Positions 1 to 11,659 of a stretch of DNA of 64,000 nucleotides are shown piece by piece. A program made the translations under genes and the position numbers. Source of the stretch: an uncultured Planctomycetota bacterium (lineage in GTDB: Bacteria; Planctomycetota; Planctomycetia; Isosphaerales; Isosphaeraceae). Each line of letters starts with the position of its first letter. The stretch's first letter is position 1. The stretch lies in NCBI GenBank assembly GCA_963823665.1, contig CAWGMQ010000006.1, forward strand, positions 1,248,001 through 1,312,000, in the 5' to 3' direction. The notes under the pieces are model-generated. The model did no database searches. It saw nothing but the letters and a program-made list of their open reading frames with translations, and was not told where the DNA came from.

Positions 1-1009
1 CCAGACGCTCCCCGGGGCGACGCTCAGCCAGGGTAGTCAGGTGACCGCGCTGGCTTTCAGCCCTGACGGCGCAGTACTCGGCGTCGGCTGCAAGGACGGC
101 TCAGCGCGGCTGTGGGATGTCGCCACCGCCAAACCACTCGGCCCCCCCATGGTGCAGCGGTCGACGATCGTCGCCGTGACCTTCACCCAGGCCGGCGCCG
201 CGCTCCTGGCCACCGCCGCTGACGGCACCACCCGGTCCTGGCCGGTACCTTCGCCGATGGGGGGCAATACGAATCAGATCGCACTTCGGCTCGAGATCCT
301 CACCGGACTGCGCATGAACGCCGGTCAAGACGTCGAGAAGCTCGCCGCCGTTGCCTGGGACGAGCGCTGCCGTCGCCTGACCGCCCTCGATGGGTCGGTC
401 GAGCTTGCTTACGCATCCTCGGTCAGCGAGCTGGACTACCACGAAGCCCGGGCTCGGGACGCCGAGCAGGATGGGAACACATTCGCAGCGCGGTGGCACC
501 TGGATCGGTTGATCTCCATTCGCGCGGCAGAGCAAAACGGCGAGAGTGCGCCCGACCTCTGGTTGGTCCATGCCCGACGTGCCCGGGCTTGTTCGATCGC
601 CGGGCGGCTCGACCTTGCGGATGCCGACTACTCCCGCGCCCTCCAGCTCGGCTCCCGTGGCCTGATCCTCAACTGGTATCGTCACCGAGTCGCGGATTGC
701 GAGCATGCCGCGCAATGGCCGACCGCGCTCTGGTATCTTGACCGCTGTATCGCCGCCGAACCGAGTAACTGGGAGCTGTACGCGAGCCGGAGCAGGGTCT
801 TTGGCCGGCTTGGCAAGTCGCAGCAGCGCCTCGCCGACCTGAACAGGGCTCTCCTCTACAGTCAACTGACGGTGGAAACTCCCAAGGAAGCCGAGACCGC
901 GGCGGTGCTGGGCGTCACCGAGGAGGCCGGAGCCAAGCGCTCGATCCGGGCGCTCAAGAAGCTCAAGACGACCCTGGCCGCGATGCCGGGGGGCCTGGAA
1001 GGACTTTGA
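1..1009 (+). pseudogene. C-terminal part of a WD40/TPR (kinase-type) protein fused in frame to the last ~40 aa of an ECF sigma factor
   Basis: WD40 (ALAFSPDG...ARLWD) and TPR-like helices, then AETAAVLGVTEEAGAKRSIRALKKLK...GGLEGL, which matches the C-terminus of the ECF at 6154-6804. 5' end lies outside the window. Confidence 0.7.
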
Positions 1010-1012
1010 ACG

Positions 1013-4000
1013 ATGCCGCTCTCCGAATCGGAACAATTCAACCTTCTCGATCAACTAGCCGAGGAATTCGCCGAGCGCTTCCGGCGCGGCGAGCGCCCTG
1101 CGGTTGAGGAATACACCGCTCGCTACCCGGAGCTGGCCGATGACATCCGGGAGCTCTTCCCGGCGATGGTCAAGGTCGAGCAGGTCGACGAGGGGCAAGT
1201 TGATCGTGAAGGTGAAGCGGCGGCTCGGAGCGCGGCGAGGTCGGTGCAGCAAATCGGTGATTACCGGATCCTGGGGCAGATCGGCCGGGGAGGCATGGGG
1301 GTTGTCTATGAGGCCGAGCAGATCTCACTCGGGCGGCGGGTGGCGCTCAAAGTGCTGCCTCGGCATGTGGCTGCGGACCGGACGACGCTCGAGCGCTTTC
1401 GGCGGGAGGCCCGCGCCGCGGCGCGGCTGCATCACACCAACATCGTGCCTGTCTATGAGGTGGGCCAGGATGGTGACGTCCGTTTCTATGCGATGCAATT
1501 CATCCTGGGGCAGAGCCTGGATGGTGTGATCGCGGAATTGCGTCACCTGCGCATTCGCTCGCAATCAAGAACGAGCGGCGGGGAAGAACGTGGCACAGAA
1601 ATGCGAACGATCACCGCGTCGGTCGCGCACTCGATCCTGGCGGGCGGCTTCCTGCCCGAGCGTGACGTCCGCGCAAGCTCGGCGATCCTTACGGAAGCGA
1701 CCGAAGCCGCGCCTGCGCGCGACCCTGGCAGTGGCGAGAGCCACGGCGGTGGATGCGGACGCGACGGACGCTGGCACGTTGCCCGAGTTTGCTCCGGACT
1801 CGTCCTCGACTCCGACCCCACTCACCCAGGCCGTGCTGCCGGGTGGAACGCAACTCTCGGTCGCGGAGATGAGCCACCGCGTATTCCATCGGAGCGTGGC
1901 CCACATCGGCAGACAGGCGCCTCGGCCCTGGTTCATGCGCATGCCCGCGGAGTGATCCACCGCGACATCAAGCCGTCGAATCTTCTGCTCGACACCGACG
2001 GCGTCGTCTGGGTGACTGACTTCGGTCTGGCCAAGGCCGACGATGATGGACTGACCCAGACCGGCGACGTGCTGGGCACGATCCGGTACATGGCGCCGGA
2101 GCGATTCTCGGGGGCGGCTGACCCGCGGTCCGACGTCTATGCGCTGGGGCTGACGCTCTACGAGCTTCTGGTTCTGCGCCCAGCGTTTGACTCGCCCAAC
2201 CGGCTGGCTCTGATCGAGCAGGTGAGGAGCATCGATCCGCCGCGGCCGCGTCTGATTGACCCGCGAATCCCGCTGGATCTCGAAACCATCGTGCTCAAGG
2301 CGATCGAGAAGGATCCGAAAGCGCGGTACGGGTCGGCTGATGCGATGAGTGAGGACCTGCGGCGGTTTCTAGCGGACGAGCCGATCGAGGCTCGGCAGGT
2401 CAGCGCCGCGGAACGCTACTGGCGGTGGGCCAAGCGCAATCCGACGATCGCGAGCCTGGGCGGGGTTGTGACGGCACTGCTCCTGGCGGTGACGGTCGGG
2501 TCAATGGTGGCGGCGGCCTATTTCAAGGCGTCGGCGCAGCGCGAGACAAGTCTCGCCGTGCGCGAGCAGTTTGCCAATCAGCAATCGCAGCGCGACCGAA
2601 AGGACGCTGTCGAAGCGAGGCGGCTAGCGATTCTCGAGCGCGACAACTCGCGGCAGCTCTCCGCGAACCTGGCGCTGGAAAAGGGGCTGGCTATGGCGGA
2701 GGAAGGCCGCGCCGACCGGGGCCTTCTGTGGATGTTCGAGGCATTCACGACCGCTCCGGACGAGGCGAAGGAATTCCGGAAGGTGGTTCGCTGGAACCTG
2801 GGTGCGTGGCTTGCTCAAATTCACAAACCGCTCCGATTCATGACCGCGGACGCTCGGTGCGACTACATCGCATTCAGCCCGGATGGGAAGTCGTTCGCGA
2901 CCGGCTTTTCTCCCGGCGATCTCACGAACGCGACACCGGTTGAACTCTGGGACACGGATTCCGGGGTAAAACTGCGTTCGTTGCCCGGTGCGTTTGCCGC
3001 GTTCGCGTTCGCACGGGAGGGTAAGGTCCTCGTGGCGCGCTCGGACGATCGGCATGTGGTTGCCGTCGACGTGGGCACTGGAGGGATCCTGTGGAAGAGC
3101 CGAGCCATGCCCGGGGCATTCAGCCCGAGGTCCAGTCTCAGTGATGACGGTGCCACCGTTCTTTGCGAAAGCAATGACAAGTCTATGAACTGGTGGTTGT
3201 TCCGATTGGATGCCAAGACCGGTGAGCAGATTGGCGAAGCGCTGCGAGGGCGGCGAAGCGTGACGATGTCGCCCGACGGGAGAATGGCGGCCGCCGGCAG
3301 GGAAGAGAATGGCGAGGACTACATTGACGTGCGCGAGCTGCCTACGGGCCGGCTTGCGGCGTCATGGCGGCTCGAGCGGCAGCGGACGTATCAGCTCACG
3401 TTCAGCCCCGACGCGAGGTTTCTCTTCAGCGTGGTCCTCGAAGGCGATGGCTTCAAAGGAAATGTCCGGTTCGGCCAGATCTGGGACGCGGCAACCGGAA
3501 AACCAACCAGTCCGCTCATGGCCGAGACTATCGGCGGCGCTTACAGCCCTGCTGGCGATCGGATTTTGACTTGTGGCGACAGCCAGTCGAGTTTGCGCGA
3601 AGCCGCGAGCGGCCGGGCGCGCGGCGCCGCGTTTCCTGCCCGCCAATCTGTAGCCATGCATCCCGACGGCCGTCTCGCGCTGGTGGCGGGTGCGGAAAAC
3701 ACGTTTGGATTGTGGCAGATCAGGGCGGACGCACAGCCGATCGACAACAGAGCAGCGAGCAGCCAGGACTTGAATCCATTGGTTATACCCGACCGCCAGA
3801 CGCGGGGTTTGAATCTCTTCTGGTCAGGTTTGCGGGCCGATGGGCAAGTTGTTGTTTCGCTAACCAGGGATTCGGCCGAACGGGAACACGTCCGCTTATC
3901 GGATTCCGCGACTGGGCGTCCGCTCGGAAGGCCCGCGGCGCATCAACCTCGCTGGGTCGTCAGGGTGGTTGGCTTGAGCCCGGACGGCCGAATTCTGGTC

Positions 4001-6064
4001 ACGGGCAGCAACCCACACTCCATTCCGACGGGCGAGCTACGGTTCTGGGACGCGACCACGGGCAAGCTGCTGTTCCCGCCGATTCCCATGACGAACTATG
4101 TCTCTGCGATCGCATTTCATCCCGGCGGAAAGGTTGTGGCCACTGGCGACTATAACGGGCTGGTGCGGATGTGGGACATGACGAGCGGAAACGAGATCGG
4201 CCGGCCGCTGGCTCAAGGCGAGATCGTGCTCTCCCTGGCCTACAGCCCGGATGGCTCGATGATCGCGGCGGGACTGGCGTTTGAACATGCGCGAATCCCC
4301 GGCACCCGCCTGTGGAATACCACGACTCGCCAACCCATCGGCGAGAGATTGGCCAGTGCGGATCGGATCACTCGCCTCGAGTTTCGGCCGGATGGTCACG
4401 CTTTCCTTGCCGCCAGCGAGCTCTCAAGCCTGCGGCTTTGGAGTGTGACGGCCGGTCAGGCGGTTGGGCCGCCGATGATCGACGAGGCAAGCGCCGGGTT
4501 CAGCCCCGACGGCCGAGTCTTCCTCACTCTCGGACGGGAGGGCACGGTCAAGATCCGCGACGCGGCAACCGCCGAGGTGATCACGCGACTCATTTCCTCT
4601 CGCTCTCCTGCAACCTGTGCGGCGTTTCGCCGCGATGGCTCGCTCATCGCGGCTGGCTTCGCGGACGGTGGCATCCGGCTTTGCGACCCGGTGACGTCGC
4701 AGCAGGTTGGTCCACCGTTATTCATGAGACATGGCGTCCACCGCATCGGTTTTAGCTCCGACGGCCAGACTGTTGTCGTGGTCGATGATTTCGGTGAGGC
4801 AAGGACCTGGCCGGTTCCCGAGCCGATTCGCGATCAGAATCCGGCCGAGCTGACCGTTCGAATCGAGGCGCGAACGGGGCTTCACATGCAGACCGGTCTG
4901 ACGGTCTCACAGTTGGGCGCCGCAGCCTGGCGCGAACGCCTCGAGCAGCTCGGCCGGCTTGATTCCGCCGCGGTGCGAGCCGATGACAACCCTCTCTGGC
5001 ATGAGCCCATGGTCCGCGAGGCCGAGCAGCTTGGCAACAACTTCGCCGCGATCTGGCACCTCGACCGGTTGATCGTGATCCGGCCCGATGACTGGTTCCT
5101 GTTGCGCGGAGGGCCCGGGCATGGGCATCCTCTGGGAAGTTCGACAAGGCCGCCGCCGATTATGAGCGGGCGGTGCGGCTGGCGTCGCGCGACCAGGTTC
5201 TCGACTTCGAGACCCAATGCATGATCGACTGCACCAGCGCGAAGCGCTGGGCTGAGGCCCTGTGGTATCTCGACCGACTGATCCGCGAGCGGGGCGATGA
5301 CGGTTTGCTGCATGAAGAACGTGCGGCTGTGTACGGGAAGCTCGGGCGGGAGGACGAGCGCCAGGCGCGAGCTCGCGCGCGTGTTCGAGCTGGGAGCCGA
5401 TGAGGGGCTTGTGATCCCTGCCGCCGAGGAGCTTGTCCGGGCGGGCCGATGGGGAGAGGCGGCGGAGCTTCTGAGGAGATGCGGGCGAAAAGGGCCGGTC
5501 AGCCAGACGCTGGCTCAAGCGTGGGGCATCGCTTGCCTCAAGGCGGGCGACAGCGCCGGTTACCGTGAGGCCTGCGCGGCATTCCTGGCAAGGCTGGGAC
5601 CGGACCCGACGGTCGTCTGGAACGCACTCACGGCGGCGTCGCTCCTGGCCATGGGGAGCGATGGCATCGAGGATTTCCGCGTGCCAGTGAGCTGGATTGA
5701 GAAGTTTCTGGCCACCGTGCGCCAGCCCACGCCGTACTACCGGCACCTGTTTTCGAGTGCGCTTGGGGGGGTGCTGCTCCGAGCCGGCCGGGTCGACGAG
5801 GCGATCACCCGCATCAACGAGGGGATTGCTGCGGCCAAGGTACCCGAGATACCCACAGACTGGGCGTATCTCGCCATCGCCCATGCGCGGAAGGGCCAGT
5901 TTGCCGAGGCACGCCAGTGGCTTGACCGCGTCCGCGCGTGGCAGTCGGATTCAAACTTCAGTTTCTGGGACATCCAGGAAGTTGGCCTGCTCCGCGGGGA
6001 GGCCGAGGCGCTCGTATTCGATGCTGAGTTCCCAAGTGATCCGTTTCACCGCCGGGAGCCGTGA
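1013..6064 (+). CDS. Ser/Thr protein kinase with TM segment, WD40 repeats and TPR-like C-terminus (frameshifts near 1716, 1918, 5104, 5365)
   Basis: [38 protein letters not shown]; many SPDG/WD repeats; coding continues through ORFs 5173-5403 and 5297-6064. Confidence 0.85.
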
Positions 6065-6153
6065 GATCGGGCAATTCGCCAAAAAGTTGATATTGGATTG
6101 CAGGAACGACGACCTGATGTCCCGAAACACACTCTGCGGGTGAGTTATAAGGT

Positions 6154-6804
6154 ATGGGACCTTCCATGAAAGACCCACCGAGCGATACGGTCAGCCTGAT
6201 TGAGCGGCTGCGCGCGGGGGACCGGAGCGCGCTTGCCGAGCTTTTCGCGCGGCACCGTGCGCGGCTGCGAAGAATGGTTGAACTGCGGCTGGACGCGCGG
6301 CTTCAAGGCCGGGTCAATGCCTCGGACCTGCTTCAGCACGGCTTCCAGGACCTGGAGAAGCGGGTCGATGGATATCTCGCGGATCCGAGGCTGCCGGCGT
6401 TTCTCTGGATGCGATTGGTCGTCAGCGACCGGCTGACCTTGTGCCACCGCGAGCACCTGGGCGCGCGGATGCGCGAGGTCTCGCACGAGGTCTCGCTCTA
6501 TCGCGATCCGCTTCCGCAGGCGAGCTCGGCGGCGCTGGCATCGATGCTGCTCGGGCGATTGCCGATTCCCTCCGACGCGGCGATACGAGCCGAGCAGATC
6601 CTGCAGATCCAGGAAGCGATCAACTCGCTCGAGCCGCTCGATCGGGAAGTCGTGGCGCTGCGGCATTTTGAGCAGCTTTCTCGTGCAGAGACCGCGGTCG
6701 TGCTGGGAATCACTGAAGAGGCTGGTGCCAAGCGATACATCCGGGCGATGAAGAAGCTCAATGCGATCCTGGCGGCGATGTCGGGTGGGCTGTCAGGAAT
6801 TTGA
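6154..6804 (+). CDS. ECF-type RNA polymerase sigma-70 factor (planctomycete kinase-associated type)
   Basis: Region 2 (ALAELFARHRARLRRMVELRLD...ASDLLQ) and region 4 (LEPLDREVVALRHFEQLSRAETAVVLG). Confidence 0.9.
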   Translation: MGPSMKDPPSDTVSLIERLRAGDRSALAELFARHRARLRRMVELRLDARLQGRVNASDLLQHGFQDLEKRVDGYLADPRLPAFLWMRLVVSDRLTLCHREHLGARMREVSHEVSLYRDPLPQASSAALASMLLGRLPIPSDAAIRAEQILQIQEAINSLEPLDREVVALRHFEQLSRAETAVVLGITEEAGAKRYIRAMKKLNAILAAMSGGLSGI

Positions 6805-6912
6805 ATGATGTCGAGCTGCGATTCAGACACGACAGCTTGTCGCGGGCGGGTTGGCTTCCGCGCGGCGATTTGCTACCATCACGTTTGTTTCTGGAGGCAC
6901 GCGAATCGATCG

Positions 6913-8118
6913 ATGGATATTGCGAAGCTAGCCCTCGAGGACGGTACGGTCTTCACCGGCAAGGCATTTGGCGCTCGGGGAGAGAGCGACGGCGAGGTCG
7001 TTTTCAATACGAGTATGACGGGATATCAGGAAGTCCTGACCGACCCGTCCTATAACGGCCAGATCGTGACGATGACCGCCACCCAGATTGGCAACTACGG
7101 GATCAACGAGGAGGATTCCGAAAGCTCGCGGCCCTGGGTGCGCGGGTTTGTCGTCCGCGAGCTTTCTCCCCGGGTGAGCAATTACCGCGCAACCCGATCG
7201 CTCTCGGATTTTCTGGAAGAGCACGGTGTCATCGGCATTTCGGGAATCGACACACGATCCCTGGTTCGGCGGACTCGCGAACAGGGAGCGATGAAGGGGA
7301 TCTTGTCGACGATCGACCTCGACGACGCCAGCCTGGTCGAGAAGGCGAAGGCGAGCCCGGGCTTGATCGGCCGGGATTTGACGCGCGAAGTCATGCCGCC
7401 GGCGCCCTACACCTGGGAGCTTGGTCTCGACCACGCCTACATGTTGCCGCCGCTTGACCCGGTCACGCAGACGGCGATGCCGTTTCCCGTTCAGACAACG
7501 CCGATCGAGCTGCGCCCGCACGTGGTGGCGCTCGATTTCGGAATGAAGCGGAACATCCTGCGACACCTCGTCGAGATCGGCTGCCGGGTGACCGTCATGC
7601 CGGGTTCCGAGACCGCGGGAGCGATTCTCAAGATGCGGCCGGACGGCATCTTTATTTCCAACGGACCGGGTGATCCGGATGCGCTCGAAGAAGCCACCGA
7701 GATGCTGAAGACGCTGATTCGCACGGCGACCGAGTCGCGTGGAATTCCGATCTTCGGGATCTGCCTGGGCCACCAGCTTCTGGGCCAGGCGTTCGGTGCG
7801 AAGACGTACAAGCTGAAGTTCGGGCATCGAGGAGCGAATCATCCGGTGCGGAACCTGAGGACCGCGAAGATCGAGATCACCACGCAGAACCACGGATTCG
7901 CGGTTGACCCGTCGACACTGCCGGGCGACGTCGAGGTGACCCATATCAATCTGAACGACCAGACGCTCGAAGGGATGCGGCATAAACATTTGCCGATTTT
8001 CAGCGTGCAGTATCATCCCGAGGCATCGGCCGGTCCGCACGACAGCCAGTACCTCTTCAAGGAATTTCGCCGCATGCTGCCGGCGCACACCGCGGCGCGG
8101 ATTGCGCAGCGGGCGTGA
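6913..8118 (+). CDS. carA: Carbamoyl-phosphate synthase small (glutaminase) subunit
   Basis: LALEDG, GEVVFNTSMTGYQEVLTDPSY, SNGPGDP, GICLGHQ, FSVQYHPEASAGP. Start taken at MDIAK (6913). Confidence 0.97.
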   Translation: MDIAKLALEDGTVFTGKAFGARGESDGEVVFNTSMTGYQEVLTDPSYNGQIVTMTATQIGNYGINEEDSESSRPWVRGFVVRELSPRVSNYRATRSLSDFLEEHGVIGISGIDTRSLVRRTREQGAMKGILSTIDLDDASLVEKAKASPGLIGRDLTREVMPPAPYTWELGLDHAYMLPPLDPVTQTAMPFPVQTTPIELRPHVVALDFGMKRNILRHLVEIGCRVTVMPGSETAGAILKMRPDGIFISNGPGDPDALEEATEMLKTLIRTATESRGIPIFGICLGHQLLGQAFGAKTYKLKFGHRGANHPVRNLRTAKIEITTQNHGFAVDPSTLPGDVEVTHINLNDQTLEGMRHKHLPIFSVQYHPEASAGPHDSQYLFKEFRRMLPAHTAARIAQRA

Positions 8119-8131
8119 GGGTTCGGTGATC

Positions 8132-8722
8132 ATGTCGATGACGATTCGCGTTGCCAGCGTGGACGATGCCGCTGAGTGTCTCGAGATCTATGCTCCGTTC
8201 TGCGTGGAGACTCCTGTTTCTTTTGAGGCGGAAGCGCCGTCGCTTGAGGACATGTGCGGGCGCATCGTGAAAACGCTCGAGTTCTTTCCGTGGCTGATTG
8301 CCGAGGAGGGAGGGCGCGTGCTTGGTTACGCGTATGCCAGCCGGCATCGCGAGCGGGCGGGGTATCGCTGGGCGGCGGATGTGTCGGTGTATGTGCGAGA
8401 AGGGGAGCGCGGCAAGGGATTGGGGCGAGCCTTGTATACGTCGTTGTTTGCGATCCTGCGCCTGCAGGGAATCTACAGTGTGCTTGCCGGAATTACTCTG
8501 CCCAATCGGGCGAGCGTGGTGCTGCACGAGGCGATGGGGCTGCGGCCGCTGGGTGTCTATACGGGGATCGGATATAAATGCGGCGCATGGCATGACGTCG
8601 GCTGGTGGCAATACTCGCTGCGCCCCCATGACGGCCCGCCCGCAGAGCCCATCGCGTTTCCGGCGATTCGGGAAACGGCGGCGTGCGCTTTAGCAATTCA
8701 GGCGGGAGTGGCGGGTGATTGA
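8132..8722 (+). CDS. GNAT N-acetyltransferase, phosphinothricin/arsinothricin acetyltransferase-like
   Basis: VSFE, GYAYAS, SVYV...GKGLGRALY, AGITLPN.AS..LHE..G, GYK.G.WHDVGWWQ. Confidence 0.88.
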   Translation: MSMTIRVASVDDAAECLEIYAPFCVETPVSFEAEAPSLEDMCGRIVKTLEFFPWLIAEEGGRVLGYAYASRHRERAGYRWAADVSVYVREGERGKGLGRALYTSLFAILRLQGIYSVLAGITLPNRASVVLHEAMGLRPLGVYTGIGYKCGAWHDVGWWQYSLRPHDGPPAEPIAFPAIRETAACALAIQAGVAGD

Positions 8723-8764
8723 CCGCCGATGCTGGAAGTCGACGCATACAAACGTCGCAGACTC

Positions 8765-9136
8765 GAACAGAAGAAAACGAAGGAAACGAAGATATAGAGG
8801 AATTTGCTGACTTGGCAGCCGTTTTGATCGCTGCGTGCCTGGATCCGGAGCAATGGGCTATTGCCGAGGGTCCTCACTGTTGCGGCCCCTGTCTGAGTTT
8901 GCATCCGGATTTTGGCTCCCCCTTCGTTACCGTCGTTGCCTTCTGTTCAAGACTGGATTTGCACTGGGCATGACACGTCTCGATAGTCTGTCAGTTCAGG
9001 CGAACAGGGAGGCTGATTACCGGTCTCGGATTGGAACAGAAGGAAACGAAGGAAACGAAGGTAAAGACAGATTCGCTGACCCGGCGGCGGGTTTGAGTGC
9101 CTGGCGCAGATGCGGAAGGATGGGCAGTTGCCGAGG
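8765..9136. repeat. Cluster of AACAGAAG-(N)AACGAAG 9-nt-periodic motifs: direct copies at 8765 and 9034 (each heading a ~100-bp diverged direct repeat) and an inverted copy at 8922-8950
   Basis: GAACAGAAGAAAACGAAGGAAACGAAG; GAACAGAAGGAAACGAAGGAAACGAAG; CTTCGTTACCGTCGTTGCCTTCTGTTCAA. Confidence 0.8.
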
Positions 9137-9183
9137 CGATCGTGACCGTAGGGTTGCGTGCCGTGTCCTGCCTGCGATCGCTT

Positions 9184-9266
9184 CCCTCGTTCGCACGCTC
9201 TGCGTGTTGGGCTTTCGAGGTTGGCTTGACGCCGAGCGATGTGCCCACGCAGAGCGTGGGCACAAG
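9184..9266. repeat. REP-like inverted pair, CCCACGC-N-GAGCGTGGG family
   Basis: CCCTCGTTCGCACGCTCTGCGTG ... GTGCCCACGCAGAGCGTGGGCACAAG; relatives at 36849, ~42617 and ~52272. Confidence 0.65.
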
Positions 9267-9276
9267 GGGCCGGCAG

Positions 9277-10371
9277 TCACTGTCGCTTGTTCCGCGCGCC
9301 TTCCTTCGGCCCGGTCGGCTCGATGACTTCGAAGTCCTTTCCCTTGACCTTCCGCAGCTCGTCGAGCCCCGTGATCCGGCTGTCGGGTGCCACCGAGATC
9401 CGCCAGTCACCGCCGTTATCGGCAACGAACATTCCAAATTTCTTCAACCCCTTCAGAATGGCCTTTGGGTGGGGAGAGAACCCGGAGATGTCGAAGTCGG
9501 CGCGCAATCGAAATCGCTCGCCCATCCGGGGAAGGTCCGCGCTTGTCTTGCTGCTGGCAAAGTGCGTGGCGGGATAGACGTAACCACGCCGCGAGTTCCG
9601 GATGGTGAATCGCAGTGCGTGCTCGACCATCCCCCGCTCGACCTCGTCGAACCGAACGACAGAGGGAAAGATCGGCAGCCCGGCCGCGTCGCTCGAGGTC
9701 CAGCCGTCCGGCCTGAGCTTGTTCGATTTGAGGTCGAAGATCGACGCTTGCATGGCAGTCCAGCCCGCGTCCGTCTTTCGCCCGGAATAAAACTCGTAGA
9801 GCATCCGGTTGAACGGATCGACCACCAGCAAATGGCGGTCGCCTTCACCCTGGCGCTGGATTTTCTCAAGAGGTTCCCCGGAGAGCGGCCACCCTTCGAT
9901 CGGTGCATTATCGGGAACCGGATACGGGCCGGGGTCGGATTCCTCGGCGTAGTCGGTAAGCTTGACCGGCACGCGTTTCTGGTCCATGGGCACGAGGATG
10001 AACGCCATGTCGAGGTTGTAGGCCAGGTTCTTGTCGCGGCCGACGGAGGCGATCAGGTTCCTGGAATTGCGGTGGACGGGTCGTTTGGAGATGTCTTCAT
10101 TCCAGGGATTGTCGGGAGGGTAAATCTGAAGGGCGGCGACGATGCGATCGGCTTCCGGTGTGTTGAACATGACGGGCTGGGTGAGCTGGGGCATCGCCGT
10201 GCGGTCGGGATTGCGACGTTCAGCCCGGCCGGGCGTTCTCTGTTGATTCGCTCCACGCGATCGTTCCGCGGTGTGCATGCCGGCGAGGGCGAGCACGGCG
10301 CCAAGGCCGAGCAACCATTTCGAGATCGCGTGTGCCACTGGTGAACTCCAGAGCAGGGAAGCTTTCGCCAT
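9277..10371 (-). CDS. Conserved secreted hypothetical protein
   Basis: Signal-like N-terminus; conserved-looking PPDNPWNEDIS, GDRHLLVVD, DAAGLPIFP, RMGERFRLR. Confidence 0.8.
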   Translation of the reverse strand: MAKASLLWSSPVAHAISKWLLGLGAVLALAGMHTAERSRGANQQRTPGRAERRNPDRTAMPQLTQPVMFNTPEADRIVAALQIYPPDNPWNEDISKRPVHRNSRNLIASVGRDKNLAYNLDMAFILVPMDQKRVPVKLTDYAEESDPGPYPVPDNAPIEGWPLSGEPLEKIQRQGEGDRHLLVVDPFNRMLYEFYSGRKTDAGWTAMQASIFDLKSNKLRPDGWTSSDAAGLPIFPSVVRFDEVERGMVEHALRFTIRNSRRGYVYPATHFASSKTSADLPRMGERFRLRADFDISGFSPHPKAILKGLKKFGMFVADNGGDWRISVAPDSRITGLDELRKVKGKDFEVIEPTGPKEGARNKRQ

Positions 10372-10390
10372 TGGGTCGCGCGAACCTGGC

Positions 10391-11185
10391 TCAGGGATTG
10401 TCAGGTCGCTCGAATTTCTGAGCCTTAACTTTCCCTTCTCGATCTACCGCCATCTTGAGCCAGCTTTTTCCGGTTTGGTCGGTCAGCCGCAGTTCGGGCA
10501 ATCCATCAGCACTGAGCGTGAATCCGGCTCTGGTGCGACCATCGTTGTCGGTCATAGAGAAACTTGGTCCGAGGTCCTCATCATTGGTTAGCATAGCCCT
10601 CAAGTTGCCTTTCGCATCTACAATTTGAACGGAAGGTGCCCCTTCACTTACCTGCGCGAATATCCTTCCAACTCCGCCTTTCGCTAACATGAGACTGGAC
10701 AGGCTTTTGTCTGCAGATAGCCGAGCTCCTGTCTCGCCTTTCAGCGTGCCATCAGAGAGCTGTACCACGGCACCATCAATCTGCTCATCCAGGTAAACCT
10801 GCAGCCTTAGTTGGCCGCGTCCGTCAAGGATACTGAGTCCGGGGCCGGTCGGATGAATGCCGATCGTGAGTCGTTCGGCGCCTTTCTCATCGAGGAACGA
10901 GAGCGTCGGCTTGCCGTCCTTTCCGAGCTGGAGCGTTGCTACCGGCGCTCCTTTCGGGCCAACCAACTGGAATTTCTCCGCAACGATCGTGTCGGCACGA
11001 ACGACCTTGTCTGCCTTCTGAACGCCACTCGCCATTCGCCCCAATGCGAAGAATAGCACGGAGACTGACGCAAGGAGCACAACGCAGCGCGTCCACCCCT
11101 GCTGGCGGAGCCGACCGCCGTCCTGCGGCAGCATGTCTGGTCCCGAGTTAAAGCGTAACGCAGCTCCAATTGCCGGAACGTTCAT
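10391..11185 (-). CDS. Membrane-anchored hypothetical protein with beta-strand repeats (start uncertain)
   Basis: One TM segment followed by repeated 'D.KG..R' turns. Confidence 0.6.
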   Translation of the reverse strand: MNVPAIGAALRFNSGPDMLPQDGGRLRQQGWTRCVVLLASVSVLFFALGRMASGVQKADKVVRADTIVAEKFQLVGPKGAPVATLQLGKDGKPTLSFLDEKGAERLTIGIHPTGPGLSILDGRGQLRLQVYLDEQIDGAVVQLSDGTLKGETGARLSADKSLSSLMLAKGGVGRIFAQVSEGAPSVQIVDAKGNLRAMLTNDEDLGPSFSMTDNDGRTRAGFTLSADGLPELRLTDQTGKSWLKMAVDREGKVKAQKFERPDNP

Positions 11186-11207
11186 TGGTTTCTCGGATGC
11201 TGTTAGC

Positions 11208-11594
11208 TTAGTAGTCAACGTGTTGGCCCGCCGCGAAAGAACCACCCATCGCCCGGCACCAGCGGTCATACTCGATTTCCGAGTCGAACATACGGAGAAT
11301 CTCGTCGTCTTCGACGACGATGCAAGCCCAGTAATACCCCGGGTTGGAGCTCCAGGCCAGGGGCATCCCGTTAGCGTCAAGCGGTACGCCGTAGTCCTCG
11401 AGCGGCGGCTCGTCGTATTCGGTTACAAACGGCAGGTCCAGGTCCGGCATCTCTTCGCGGTGTCGGCTGCGTCCGGGCGAACGATGTTTGTGGTAGCACC
11501 GCTTGCAAAATGGGCCCGGGTCTTTGACATCGCCGCCAATCCATACGGGCCGCTTCTTGCAGATCCGGCACTTACGAGGCTTGCGCTTCCTCAT
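11208..11594 (-). CDS. Small putative zinc-ribbon protein
   Basis: CRIC...CKRC, basic N-terminus, acidic C-terminus. Confidence 0.55.
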   Translation of the reverse strand: MRKRKPRKCRICKKRPVWIGGDVKDPGPFCKRCYHKHRSPGRSRHREEMPDLDLPFVTEYDEPPLEDYGVPLDANGMPLAWSSNPGYYWACIVVEDDEILRMFDSEIEYDRWCRAMGGSFAAGQHVDY

Positions 11595-11659
11595 TCAGGT
11601 GGCCCAAACGCAACGATCGGTGTGAGTTTCGGGTTGTGGCCGTAGGCGCCGCCGATGGC

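Noticed and set aside
6913..8118. carA without adjacent carB as a novelty
   Set aside because: Split carA/carB loci occur in many bacteria, and the catalytic motifs are ordinary.
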